Shown here piece by piece: positions 7,862 to 16,516 of a stretch of 64,000 nucleotides of DNA. Numbering within the stretch: the first letter of the stretch is position 1; every line of letters starts with the position of its first letter. A model generated the notes under the pieces. That model was not told the origin of the DNA. It worked only from the letters and a program-made list of their open reading frames with translations, and made no database searches. Made by a program: the position numbers and the translations under genes. The stretch spans positions 2,627 through 66,626 of the forward strand of contig CAYNXC010000001.1 of assembly GCA_964401135.1 (NCBI GenBank). The letters run 5' to 3'. The DNA comes from an uncultured Candidatus Saccharibacteria bacterium. GTDB taxonomy: Bacteria > Patescibacteriota > Minisyncoccia > Phycocordibacterales > UBA9988.

Positions 7862-8846
7862 TTGGTTTCCCTGCCGCAAAAGCAGTTATGTTCTCACAGG
7901 TGGTAGTGAGAATGCGCTCTATTGCCTCGCGTGAGTTGTAGGCATTGTGCGGAGTGACTATCACTCGTGGATGGTCAATAAAGTACTGATTTGCAATCAC
8001 ATGTTTCAAATCTTCCAGGCGAGGTGCCTCACTCCCTAAAAGGGCGCTCTCGTTGTCCATAAAGCCTTCCCCTTCTAAGACATCCAGCCCAGCGCCAGCA
8101 ATGGTGCCGTCCTCAAGCGCGGCAACAAGTGCCTCACTCTCTACCAGACCACCGCGGGCAGTATTGATTAGGATACTCCCCTGCTTCATTTTTTTGATGG
8201 TCTCACGATTGATCATATGGTGTGTATGCTCGTTGTATGGAGCGTGCAATGAGACAATGTCTGACTGTGCCAAGAGCTCATCAAAAGGGAGGTAGGTAAA
8301 TCCAAGTCTCCCTGCAAGTCCAGCATCCTCCTTCACATCAAAGGCGAGTACATTCATATCAAAGCCGCGTGCCATTTCTATTGCGTGGATGCCAATATGC
8401 CCCGTCCCTACAATGCCAATTGTCTTTCCCTTCAAATCAAAGCCGCGCAATTCCCTCTGTGAGAAGGACCCTGTGTTACGCACTTGATCGTAGGCATCAT
8501 AGGTTTTGCGTGAGAGTGAGAGGAGGAGAGCAAAGGCATACTCGGCTACCGTATTCTCCCCGTAGGTGGGTACATAGGAGACGGCGATTCCCTTCTCCTT
8601 TGCATACGCGGTATCTACATGATCAAAGCCAGTTGAGCGCGTCGCAATCAGTTTGAGCACTGGGAAGCAGGCGAGGACTTCTGCCGTCGTCGCAGAATCC
8701 ACAAACACCGAGAGCACCTCTGAGTCGGCTGATGCTTCTGTTGCTTTCTGCACTGTCCCCTTAATGAAAATGAGTTCTTGCCCTACCAAACGCGGCGCGA
8801 CAAATTCGCGCTCCCATTCCTCATTATAGCAATACGTGATTTTCAT
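7845..8846 (-). CDS. D-2-hydroxyacid dehydrogenase (D-lactate dehydrogenase-like)
   Basis: RSTGFDH, GTGHIG, INTARG, GLDV, TPHNA. Confidence 0.9.
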   Translation of the reverse strand: MKITYCYNEEWEREFVAPRLVGQELIFIKGTVQKATEASADSEVLSVFVDSATTAEVLACFPVLKLIATRSTGFDHVDTAYAKEKGIAVSYVPTYGENTVAEYAFALLLSLSRKTYDAYDQVRNTGSFSQRELRGFDLKGKTIGIVGTGHIGIHAIEMARGFDMNVLAFDVKEDAGLAGRLGFTYLPFDELLAQSDIVSLHAPYNEHTHHMINRETIKKMKQGSILINTARGGLVESEALVAALEDGTIAGAGLDVLEGEGFMDNESALLGSEAPRLEDLKHVIANQYFIDHPRVIVTPHNAYNSREAIERILTTTCENITAFAAGKPINLIP

Positions 8847-8855
8847 TTCCCAATT

Positions 8856-11264
8856 CTACTGTCCCCCCTCCTCTTTCGCAACCTCAAAGGTCATAGGGAC
8901 AATGGAGTCTGGATTGAGTGAGACTGCCTCTATATGTTGTGAGATAAGGAAGCGCAAGAAGTCCGGGTAGTCGGATGGCGCCTGCCCACAAAAACCGATA
9001 TACTTACCACGGCGTTGGCACGCGGCAATGGCTTCGGCGATAAGTTTGCGTACTGATGGATCATTCTCGTTTGAGATGCCTGCAACAATTGCAGAGTCAC
9101 GGTCAAGCCCTAGGGTTAATTGCGCAAGGTCGTTAGACCCAATAGAAAATCCATCGAAGAGATCCAGAAATTCATCCGCACGCAACACATTGGTAGGAAT
9201 CTCGCACATCACATAGACTTTGAGACCATCCTCTCCCTTGGCAAGTCCGGACTCGCGCATAATGTCCAAGACCCGTGCACCCTCCTCTGGAGTACGGCAG
9301 AAGGGTATCATCGCGTGAACATTTTTTAGTCCATATTCATTACGAACTTTCTTCATCGCGTGGCACTCCAGCGCAAATGCTGGCGCAAACTGAGGGTTAC
9401 CGTAGCGTGAGGCACCGCGCCATCCAATCATAGGGTTCTCCTCCTCTGGCTCATAAGCAGAACCACCTATGAGCGCCGCGTACTCGTTTGTCTTAAAATC
9501 TGAAAAGCGCACGATCACCTGATTAGGCCAAAAGGCGGATCCGATTTCACCAATGCCTTGCGCAAGTTTATCTACATAGAATGTGGCTTTATCTTCGTAA
9601 CCAGCGGTAAGCACTTCAATCTTCTTCTTAAGCGGCTTTGATTTTAGTGACGAGAAGTTGAGGAGTGCGAGTGGGTGGATGCGGATGTGTGAAGCAATAA
9701 TAAATTCTTCTCGCGCAAGTCCTACCCCTTTATTTGGTAAAAATGAGTAGACAAAAGCACTTTCTGGACTCCCCACATTGAGGCAGAGCTTCGTCTTTAC
9801 TTCAGGGATGTCGGCCACATCGTAGGTGTGCTCCTCCCACTTCAAGACTCCCTTGTACACTCGGCCCACGCTCCCACTACTGGTATCTACAGTGATCACA
9901 TCCCCCGTCTTAATTTTACTTGTTGCATTCCCGCTCCCAATCACCGCTGGGATACCAAGCTCGCGTGAGACAATGGCTGCGTGCGAGGTTCGTCCGCCTT
10001 TCTCAGTAATGATTGCACTCGCAATTTTCATAATCGGCTCCCAGTCAGGGTCAGTAATCTCGGTAATCAAAATTTCTCCTTGTTGAAATTGGTAGAGCTT
10101 TGCAGTACTCGTGATCACTCGCGCCCTCCCAGATACAATTTTAGTCCCCACTGAGATACCTTCTACAATAGCTGTCTCGTCGGTGTTGAGTGTGTAGTCG
10201 GTACGGGTGAGATTCTTTTTTTCTGACTGTACAGTTTCTGGTCGCGCTTGCACAATAAAGAGCTCCCCGGTGATACCGTCCTTTGCCCACTCCATATCCA
10301 TGGGGCTAGCGTGCCCGGCACGCTCACTGTAGTGCTTCTCGATTTGCATGCCCCAGCGTGAAAGAGTGAGAATCTCGTTGTCATCCAACACAAAACGATT
10401 ACGATCCTTGAGATCAACTTTTACCTCTTTGACTGGCTTCTTACCTTTTTGCGCGTAAATCATCTTCACCGTCTTTGAGCCGAGATTTTTTCTGATGATA
10501 GGGCGAAAGCCTTGATCAAAGGTTGGCTTGAAGACGATATACTCATCTGGCGTCACCTTACCCTGCACCACCATCTCTCCCAAGCCCCATGACGCGTTAA
10601 TCTCTATCACATCACGAAATCCGCTTTCAGTATCTAAAGTAAACATCACCCCCGAGGAGCCCTTGTCTGAGCGGACCATCTTTTGCACCCCTACCGAGAG
10701 TGCAATAGTAAGGTGATCAAAGCCTTTATCCACACGATAGGAGATGGCGCGGTCAGTAAAGAGAGAGCCCATCGCATCACGGATGGCACGGAGTACATTC
10801 TCCTCTCCAACCACATTTAAGTAGGTCTCATGTTCTCCAGCAAAACTTGCCCCAGGGAGATCTTCTGCGGTTGCGGATGAGCGCACAGCCGTATCTGCCT
10901 CATCCATATGATAGGCATTAGAGAGATCGCGATAAGCCGTGCGGATCTCAGCATTTAAGTCATCGGGAAATTCTTCCTTATCAAAGGCTTCACGAATTTT
11001 TTTACCGCGCGCTTGTAGATCTCTAATATTTTTAGTGTCCAATCCATCCAAGGTCTCACGGATCATCGCGGCAAGCGGTGTATTATTTACAAACTCACGG
11101 TAGGCATGCGCAGTAATTATAAAACCATTAGGAATGCGGATACCCTGGGGGGTCAGTCGCTGATACATCTCACCAAGCGAGGCATTTTTGCCGCCCACAG
11201 ATGCAACATCGTCATTATCCACCTGATCAAACCAGAGAATGTTCCGTGATTCTTTTTTGTTCAT
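8856..11264 (-). CDS. ppsA: Phosphoenolpyruvate synthase
   Basis: GGKNASLGEM, RSSATAED, GGRTSHAAIVSRELG, FSIGSNDL. Confidence 0.96.
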   Translation of the reverse strand: MNKKESRNILWFDQVDNDDVASVGGKNASLGEMYQRLTPQGIRIPNGFIITAHAYREFVNNTPLAAMIRETLDGLDTKNIRDLQARGKKIREAFDKEEFPDDLNAEIRTAYRDLSNAYHMDEADTAVRSSATAEDLPGASFAGEHETYLNVVGEENVLRAIRDAMGSLFTDRAISYRVDKGFDHLTIALSVGVQKMVRSDKGSSGVMFTLDTESGFRDVIEINASWGLGEMVVQGKVTPDEYIVFKPTFDQGFRPIIRKNLGSKTVKMIYAQKGKKPVKEVKVDLKDRNRFVLDDNEILTLSRWGMQIEKHYSERAGHASPMDMEWAKDGITGELFIVQARPETVQSEKKNLTRTDYTLNTDETAIVEGISVGTKIVSGRARVITSTAKLYQFQQGEILITEITDPDWEPIMKIASAIITEKGGRTSHAAIVSRELGIPAVIGSGNATSKIKTGDVITVDTSSGSVGRVYKGVLKWEEHTYDVADIPEVKTKLCLNVGSPESAFVYSFLPNKGVGLAREEFIIASHIRIHPLALLNFSSLKSKPLKKKIEVLTAGYEDKATFYVDKLAQGIGEIGSAFWPNQVIVRFSDFKTNEYAALIGGSAYEPEEENPMIGWRGASRYGNPQFAPAFALECHAMKKVRNEYGLKNVHAMIPFCRTPEEGARVLDIMRESGLAKGEDGLKVYVMCEIPTNVLRADEFLDLFDGFSIGSNDLAQLTLGLDRDSAIVAGISNENDPSVRKLIAEAIAACQRRGKYIGFCGQAPSDYPDFLRFLISQHIEAVSLNPDSIVPMTFEVAKEEGGQ

Positions 11265-11272
11265 AAAATTTT

Positions 11273-12538
11273 TTATACCTTGAGCACAATAAACAAATCT
11301 GAAACATTACTTCCTGTGCGTCCCGTCATCAGTGCCGCGCCAAGCGTGGTGAAGAAAGTATATGATGTATTGTCTCGCAGATGTGTGCGCACATCAAGCT
11401 GCTTATCCACTGCGAGCGTGTAAAAAAGTTTATCGCCAATCGCGCCAGCGATGTCAGTGTTGTCCCATCCATCACTTGCAGCAGAGATGATGACTGTATG
11501 TTCATCTAAGAACGGGAGGGCACCGAGCACTACTTCCTGATTTCTCCCTCCGTGACCAGCAGAGTTTGCAACATGCACTGTTGTCTCACCGCCGGCAATC
11601 ACACACGAGCGGTAAGGAAGTGCGAGCGTGGCAAGCTTTTTCCCCACTTCTCGTGCTTCACCCTCTAAGGTCTCGGAGAGAATTTTTGTATGATAGCCGC
11701 GCGACTCTGCTGTCTCCTGCATAGCGACAAGGGCATCGTGATTGGTGAGGATGAGAGTATTGTGCACTTTCTCAAAATACTTTGATTCTTTTGGGGTTTC
11801 AGAAAGACGCATTACTGTAGCAATACCGTACTTGGTGAGTATAGCCTGCGCGTCTTGCACGGTCGTCTTGTCTTGCACGGTCGGGCCGGAGGAAATCACG
11901 GAGACATCGTTCCCTGGCACATCAGAAAAGATGAGTGATACGAGTTGTGCTGGATAGGCAAGGCGTGCGAGATGTCCTCCTTGAATCTCGGAGAGATGCT
12001 TACGCACAGTGTTGAGCTCATGAATACTAGCCCCCTTATACATCAGCATCTTAGTAATCTCAGCCAATCGCTCACAAGAGATATCAAAAGGAAGACAGAG
12101 AAGAGAGGATCCGCCTCCAGAGATAAGGATGATCACCAGATCACGATCACTGATACCACGAAGGAGCTTCACAATCTCACGCGTAACAGAAACATTGGTC
12201 TCGCTTGGATACGGATGTGTACCAGCGTAGGAGCGCATCTTTTTAAGCTGTCCCGCACGCACATCCAAGACAATACCATCAGTAATAAGGTCTCCAAATA
12301 TTTCCTCTAGGGCCTGCGCCCCATCTAAGGCACACTTCCCAATCGCAATGACAAACACTCGATCATAGTCGGTACTGTTGAAGGAGCGCCCGCCAAAACA
12401 GAGCGTGCCTCCAGTATGGGTAACCTTCTTTTTAAGGATAGTGCGCGTATCAATAGAGACTAATCCTGCTTCTAAAATAGTGAGAGCATCTCTGCGCGCT
12501 TGTGTAGTAGCGAGTTCAAAAAAATTTCGTATGTGCAC
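11273..12538 (-). CDS. Glycerate 2-kinase (MOFRL/TtuD family)
   Basis: LISGGGS, ELNTVRKHLSEIQGG, SDVPG, GGETTV, GGRNQE, TGSNV; GTG start. Confidence 0.9.
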   Translation of the reverse strand: MHIRNFFELATTQARRDALTILEAGLVSIDTRTILKKKVTHTGGTLCFGGRSFNSTDYDRVFVIAIGKCALDGAQALEEIFGDLITDGIVLDVRAGQLKKMRSYAGTHPYPSETNVSVTREIVKLLRGISDRDLVIILISGGGSSLLCLPFDISCERLAEITKMLMYKGASIHELNTVRKHLSEIQGGHLARLAYPAQLVSLIFSDVPGNDVSVISSGPTVQDKTTVQDAQAILTKYGIATVMRLSETPKESKYFEKVHNTLILTNHDALVAMQETAESRGYHTKILSETLEGEAREVGKKLATLALPYRSCVIAGGETTVHVANSAGHGGRNQEVVLGALPFLDEHTVIISAASDGWDNTDIAGAIGDKLFYTLAVDKQLDVRTHLRDNTSYTFFTTLGAALMTGRTGSNVSDLFIVLKV

Positions 12539-12596
12539 CTCTTCATTTTACCATATGTAAATTTTTTGTTACATTCTTTTTAGAAAGGAGGTAGAG

Positions 12597-12803
12597 ATGT
12601 CCGCCATAAACGGAGCACATAAAAGAGCCTGCGAGTGTATTTCCGAATCAGAGATGAGAAGAATTATAACGAGAAAAGCGAGCTTAGAGGAACAAGGGGT
12701 ATTAATGGATGAGATCAACACATGCGTCTTCTGCAAACGGAAATACATTCAACAAGAAGAAGCGCTGCGACCAAAAAAACTCTGTAGGCAAATTGGCTCC
12801 TGA
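12597..12803 (+). CDS. Small zinc-finger protein, zf-HC2/anti-sigma-like (paralog 1)
   Basis: Strong SD AGGAGG; GAH-x5-C-x28-CxxC-KRK; own terminator. Confidence 0.6.
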   Translation: MSAINGAHKRACECISESEMRRIITRKASLEEQGVLMDEINTCVFCKRKYIQQEEALRPKKLCRQIGS

Positions 12804-12809
12804 TCCCCC

Positions 12810-12855
12810 GCCCCGTCCTTATCCACACAGTGGACGGACGGGGCTTTTTCTTTTT
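12810..12855 (+). terminator. Intrinsic terminator
   Basis: GCCCCGTCC...GGACGGGGC stem plus T tract. Confidence 0.8.
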
Positions 12856-12856
12856 A

Positions 12857-12928
12857 TTGACTTTATTTCTAATATATGCTATACTAAAAAACAGTATAAC
12901 GGTTCTTTACCAATCAGTGCGAGGAGGA
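12857..12928 (+). promoter_or_regulatory. Near-consensus sigma70 promoter, boxA-like element and SD
   Basis: TTGACT (12857)-17-TATACT (12880) with extended TG; GGTTCTTTACCA (12901-12912); AGGAGG. Confidence 0.7.
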
Positions 12929-12932
12929 TAAG

Positions 12933-13214
12933 ATGCTTGATTTTCTTTATGATTTGCTTCGGTATTTCGGGATAATAAAGGATCCTTACATGGATGCAAT
13001 TGAACAAGAAGTTAGGACCTGTCTTTCGGGAACATCTGAAGCGCTGAGAACTATGAACAGGAGGTCAGAAGAGAATCGAAGAAGAGAAGACCTTGAAAGA
13101 AGGGTGGCCAACCAAAAGAGGGCTCTTGAACTTATGGAAGAGGAGGTTGAAAATCAAAAAAGATTGCAAAGGTTGCAAGAGGAATTACGCAATCTACAGG
13201 CAAAAAGGAGGTGA
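12933..13214 (+). CDS. Hypothetical coiled-coil protein with an amphipathic N-terminus
   Basis: Promoter and SD upstream; E/R-rich helical sequence. Confidence 0.65.
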   Translation: MLDFLYDLLRYFGIIKDPYMDAIEQEVRTCLSGTSEALRTMNRRSEENRRREDLERRVANQKRALELMEEEVENQKRLQRLQEELRNLQAKRR

Positions 13215-13220
13215 GGAGAG

Positions 13221-13391
13221 ATGCCGGGAGCACATGCGGATGAGAAGGATTGCGTTACTGATGAAGAATTGATTCAGTACCTCACTGGAAAGTTGAGTGA
13301 TGAGGAGGTGAAGACCCTCATGCAAAGAATCAATTCTTGCGTCTACTGCAAGCGCAAACTTACACTCTCAGCATTCACAGATTCTCGTTAA
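13221..13391 (+). CDS. Small zinc-finger protein, zf-HC2/anti-sigma-like (paralog 2; 56 aa, missed by ORF track)
   Basis: MPGAHADEKDCVTDEELIQYLTGKLSDEEVKTLMQRINSCVYCKRKLTLSAFTDSR; SD upstream; ELxxYLxGxLSxxE...CxxC pattern. Confidence 0.7.
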   Translation: MPGAHADEKDCVTDEELIQYLTGKLSDEEVKTLMQRINSCVYCKRKLTLSAFTDSR

Positions 13392-13397
13392 TCCCCC

Positions 13398-13434
13398 ACC
13401 CCATCCGCCACGGCGGATGGGGGTTTTTCTTTTT
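13398..13434 (+). terminator. Intrinsic terminator homologous to the one at 12810
   Basis: CCCCATCCGC-CACG-GCGGATGGGG plus T tract. Confidence 0.85.
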
Positions 13435-14742
13435 TTAGTACCCCAGTAAGCGCTTTACTTTATCGTGCTGGCGGATTTTTTCGTGTGCTTTTGCCTCAAT
13501 TTGTCGGATGCGCTCGCGCGTCACGCCAAACTCCTTTCCTACTTCCTCCAAGGTATACATCACCCCGTCCTTCAAGCCATGGCGCATTTCCAAAATTTGT
13601 CGCTCTTTTGGTGTGAGGTCAGAGAGAATCTCTTTGATTTGATCAGAGAGGATGCGCCGTGAGGACTCTTGGTCCGGCGAGAGAATTTTCTCGTCAGCAA
13701 TAAATTCTCCCAGAGTGGACTTCTCCTCACTGGAGTCCCCTGTCGGCTTATCTAAGGAGGCGGTAGACTGGTTAATTTTTTCTATGATGTGGATCTTTTC
13801 TACTTCCACCCCCATTTCGGTTGCAATCTCCGCCGGCAGGGGCTCGCGCCCCAGATCCTGCGAGAGTCGTCGCACCACCTGCTTATACTTGGCGATGGTC
13901 TCCACCATGTGCACGGGGATGCGGATGGTACGCGACTGATCTGCCAGCGCACGAGTGATGGCTTGCCTAATCCACCATGTCGCATAGGTTGAGAATTTGA
14001 AGCCCTTGGTCCAATCAAATTTCTCTACTGCTTTGAAGAGTCCTAAGTTCCCTTCCTGAATCAGGTCAAGCAGTGTGAGATCGGTACTCCTCCCAATATA
14101 TTTTTTTGCAATAGAAACAACGAGGCGCAAGTTTGCGCGCGCTAAAATATTTTTTGCTTCTTCATCATCTGCTAAGATACGGCGTGCCAAATCTTTTTCC
14201 TCGGATGCAGAAATAAGTTTGTATTTGCCAATCTCCTTCAGGTACATCTGTACCGAGTCAACCGCCGAGTCAGCATAACGCGAGTGACGAGTCTCTTTCC
14301 CTACAGAGAGGATCTCCTCCTCGGGTTCTGTCTTCAATAAGTCTCCCTCCTCAAGCACATCAATCCCCTCTTCTTCAAAGCGCTGGTACAGTGTATCTAA
14401 GAAATCAATATCGCGCTCAATGTTGGGGAAGTCTTTGAGGAGTTCACTGTAAGTCACAAAGCCGCGCTGTCGCACACGGATAACAAGAGCATCAGAGCGC
14501 TTCTCCAATTCGGCTCGTGAGAGCACAGGGCGCGGTGCTTCTGTTGCTGGTACTGGCTTTTTTCCTACTGGGAGCGCCTTCTTTTTAGCAAGAGTTTTTT
14601 TTACAAAGACTTTCCCCTTTGTAATTGGCTTCTTCTTTTTTGCCAGGTGAGCAAGCACTTTTTTTGCCACCACCTTCTTCTTTTCCGCACCAGGCAGCTT
14701 CTTCTCCTTTGAAAGACGGGTCGATTGCTTCTTCTTAGCCAT
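13435..14742 (-). CDS. rpoD: Primary sigma factor RpoD/SigA
   Basis: [46 protein letters not shown]; Lys-rich N-terminal extension. Confidence 0.96.
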   Translation of the reverse strand: MAKKKQSTRLSKEKKLPGAEKKKVVAKKVLAHLAKKKKPITKGKVFVKKTLAKKKALPVGKKPVPATEAPRPVLSRAELEKRSDALVIRVRQRGFVTYSELLKDFPNIERDIDFLDTLYQRFEEEGIDVLEEGDLLKTEPEEEILSVGKETRHSRYADSAVDSVQMYLKEIGKYKLISASEEKDLARRILADDEEAKNILARANLRLVVSIAKKYIGRSTDLTLLDLIQEGNLGLFKAVEKFDWTKGFKFSTYATWWIRQAITRALADQSRTIRIPVHMVETIAKYKQVVRRLSQDLGREPLPAEIATEMGVEVEKIHIIEKINQSTASLDKPTGDSSEEKSTLGEFIADEKILSPDQESSRRILSDQIKEILSDLTPKERQILEMRHGLKDGVMYTLEEVGKEFGVTRERIRQIEAKAHEKIRQHDKVKRLLGY

Positions 14743-16477
14743 GATGTGTTTTATGTAGATCGTTTAACTGCTGAGTAATTCGTTGACATTCTTTGAGAGC
14801 CTCATGCACCGCGCCCTCGTTACTTTCTGTCTCCGCGCGCTTAAGCGCATCCATCGCTTCTCTAAAAGCTTCTTTGAGCGCGTACTCTTTCAATGAGTGA
14901 ACGAGCGTCTCGACCTCGCTCGCCAGATCTTCCACATGTCCATACATCTGTTCAGCTTCAAACATGAGCTCTTGCTTCCGCTCCTCTGTAAGAGTCTCTG
15001 AGAGTTCAGTGAATAATTCTTTTGTAAATGTGTCGGTAGGGAGTGGATTCCCCTTCCACTCCCGCCAGAGAAGGATCCCCCGCAGACGATCTAAGGCGAC
15101 CATATGCGCAGTCTTCACCTCTCGTTCTGGGAGGAATGAGTTAGTCTGAGTACTACTCGTCACCATCCCCACTTTGGAAAGCTCGCGCCAGAGCGGCTCC
15201 TCACTAATTGAGAGGGAATTCGCAATCTTACTTATAAAATGCGCGCGGTCAATCTCACTCCCCAAGCGGGCAAGGAGTGGTATTACCTGATGCTGTACCG
15301 CCTTACCACGCAGACGAGTATCTGGCACGGTCCGTGCAAGCACAGTCAGGTAGAAATCTATCACATGGAGTGTTCCCTGCAAAGCATCATGCCAATGTGA
15401 GGGGAGCTCTCGTACGAGGTCGGCGGGATCCTTCCCTTCCGGAAGAGCTGCTACCGAGACATCAAAGCCAGACTCAAGCGCAGTGTAGATACTCCGCTCT
15501 GCTGCGGCGATACCTGCTGCGTCGGCGTCAAAAGCCATGATGATTTTGTCAGTCAACCTCCTCAATATAGTGAGGTGCCCGGGAGTGAGAGCGGTGCCCG
15601 AGACCGCAACTGTGTTACGCACCTGTGCCTGATGCGAGAGCACCACATCCATTTGGCCCTCCACGAGAATAACAAGATTCTCACGACGGATTGAGTCCTT
15701 GGCCTGTGAGTAACCAAAGAGTGCTTTTGATTTATCATAGAGTGCAGTCTGTGGTGTGTTGATATATTTTGCCTGCCCCGACTGGTCAAGGCGAGCTCCT
15801 TTTTCTATATTATTCTCTGCTCCTGGCAAAACTCTGCCCGAGAATCCAATGACCGAGCCTTCAGTGTTGGTAATGGGGAACATCACCCGTCCACGAAAGC
15901 GATCGTAGTACCCAGCGCCAAGCGAGACCGAACTCTCATTCCTGCGTATGATGAGCCCACTCTCCTCAATACGAGCAGGAGTAAATCCCTTCCCTTTCAG
16001 ATAATCATAGAGTGTATGCCACTCGCGCGGTGCGTACCCAATGCGAAAACGGCGGACCGAATCTTCAGTAATGCCACGGTTCTTGAGGTACTCTTTTGGC
16101 TCGGGAGTTGTGAGGAGGAGACGCTGATAAAGAAGTGTAGCTTCTTCCAAAAGTTTGAGTAGTTCGCGTTTTACCGATCGTTCTTCCCTGTTGATTGAAG
16201 TGAGAGTGATCCCTGCTCGCTCGGCAAGAGCCTCCAGCGCGGAGCGGAAGTCATAACCCTCTATCTCTTGCAAAAAACTAAATATGTCTCCCCCGCGATG
16301 GCAACCAAAGCAGTGGTAGGTCCCTCGCTCGGAAGATATATAGAAGGAGGCAGTCTTTTCTGCGTGGAAGGGGCAACGCGCACGCAAAGCCTTTCCCGCT
16401 CGTTCGAGCTTTACATATTCTCCCACCACATCTGTAATGGAGATCCGTTCTTTTATCTGCTCAACAGGAGTCTGCAT
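14735..16477 (-). CDS. dnaG: DNA primase
   Basis: CPFHAEKT zinc finger, DRFRGR, KYINTP, VEGQMDV, FDADAAG; start placed at MQTPVEQ. Confidence 0.95.
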   Translation of the reverse strand: MQTPVEQIKERISITDVVGEYVKLERAGKALRARCPFHAEKTASFYISSERGTYHCFGCHRGGDIFSFLQEIEGYDFRSALEALAERAGITLTSINREERSVKRELLKLLEEATLLYQRLLLTTPEPKEYLKNRGITEDSVRRFRIGYAPREWHTLYDYLKGKGFTPARIEESGLIIRRNESSVSLGAGYYDRFRGRVMFPITNTEGSVIGFSGRVLPGAENNIEKGARLDQSGQAKYINTPQTALYDKSKALFGYSQAKDSIRRENLVILVEGQMDVVLSHQAQVRNTVAVSGTALTPGHLTILRRLTDKIIMAFDADAAGIAAAERSIYTALESGFDVSVAALPEGKDPADLVRELPSHWHDALQGTLHVIDFYLTVLARTVPDTRLRGKAVQHQVIPLLARLGSEIDRAHFISKIANSLSISEEPLWRELSKVGMVTSSTQTNSFLPEREVKTAHMVALDRLRGILLWREWKGNPLPTDTFTKELFTELSETLTEERKQELMFEAEQMYGHVEDLASEVETLVHSLKEYALKEAFREAMDALKRAETESNEGAVHEALKECQRITQQLNDLHKTHHG

Positions 16478-16516
16478 AGCAATTATTCCAAAGCGCATCA
16501 GCGCCTGGTACTTAAG

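Noticed and set aside
12803-13434. Integron attC sites flanking small ORFs
   Set aside because: The hairpins have U-tracts and lack RYYYAAC/GTTRRRY ends; no integron integrase seen
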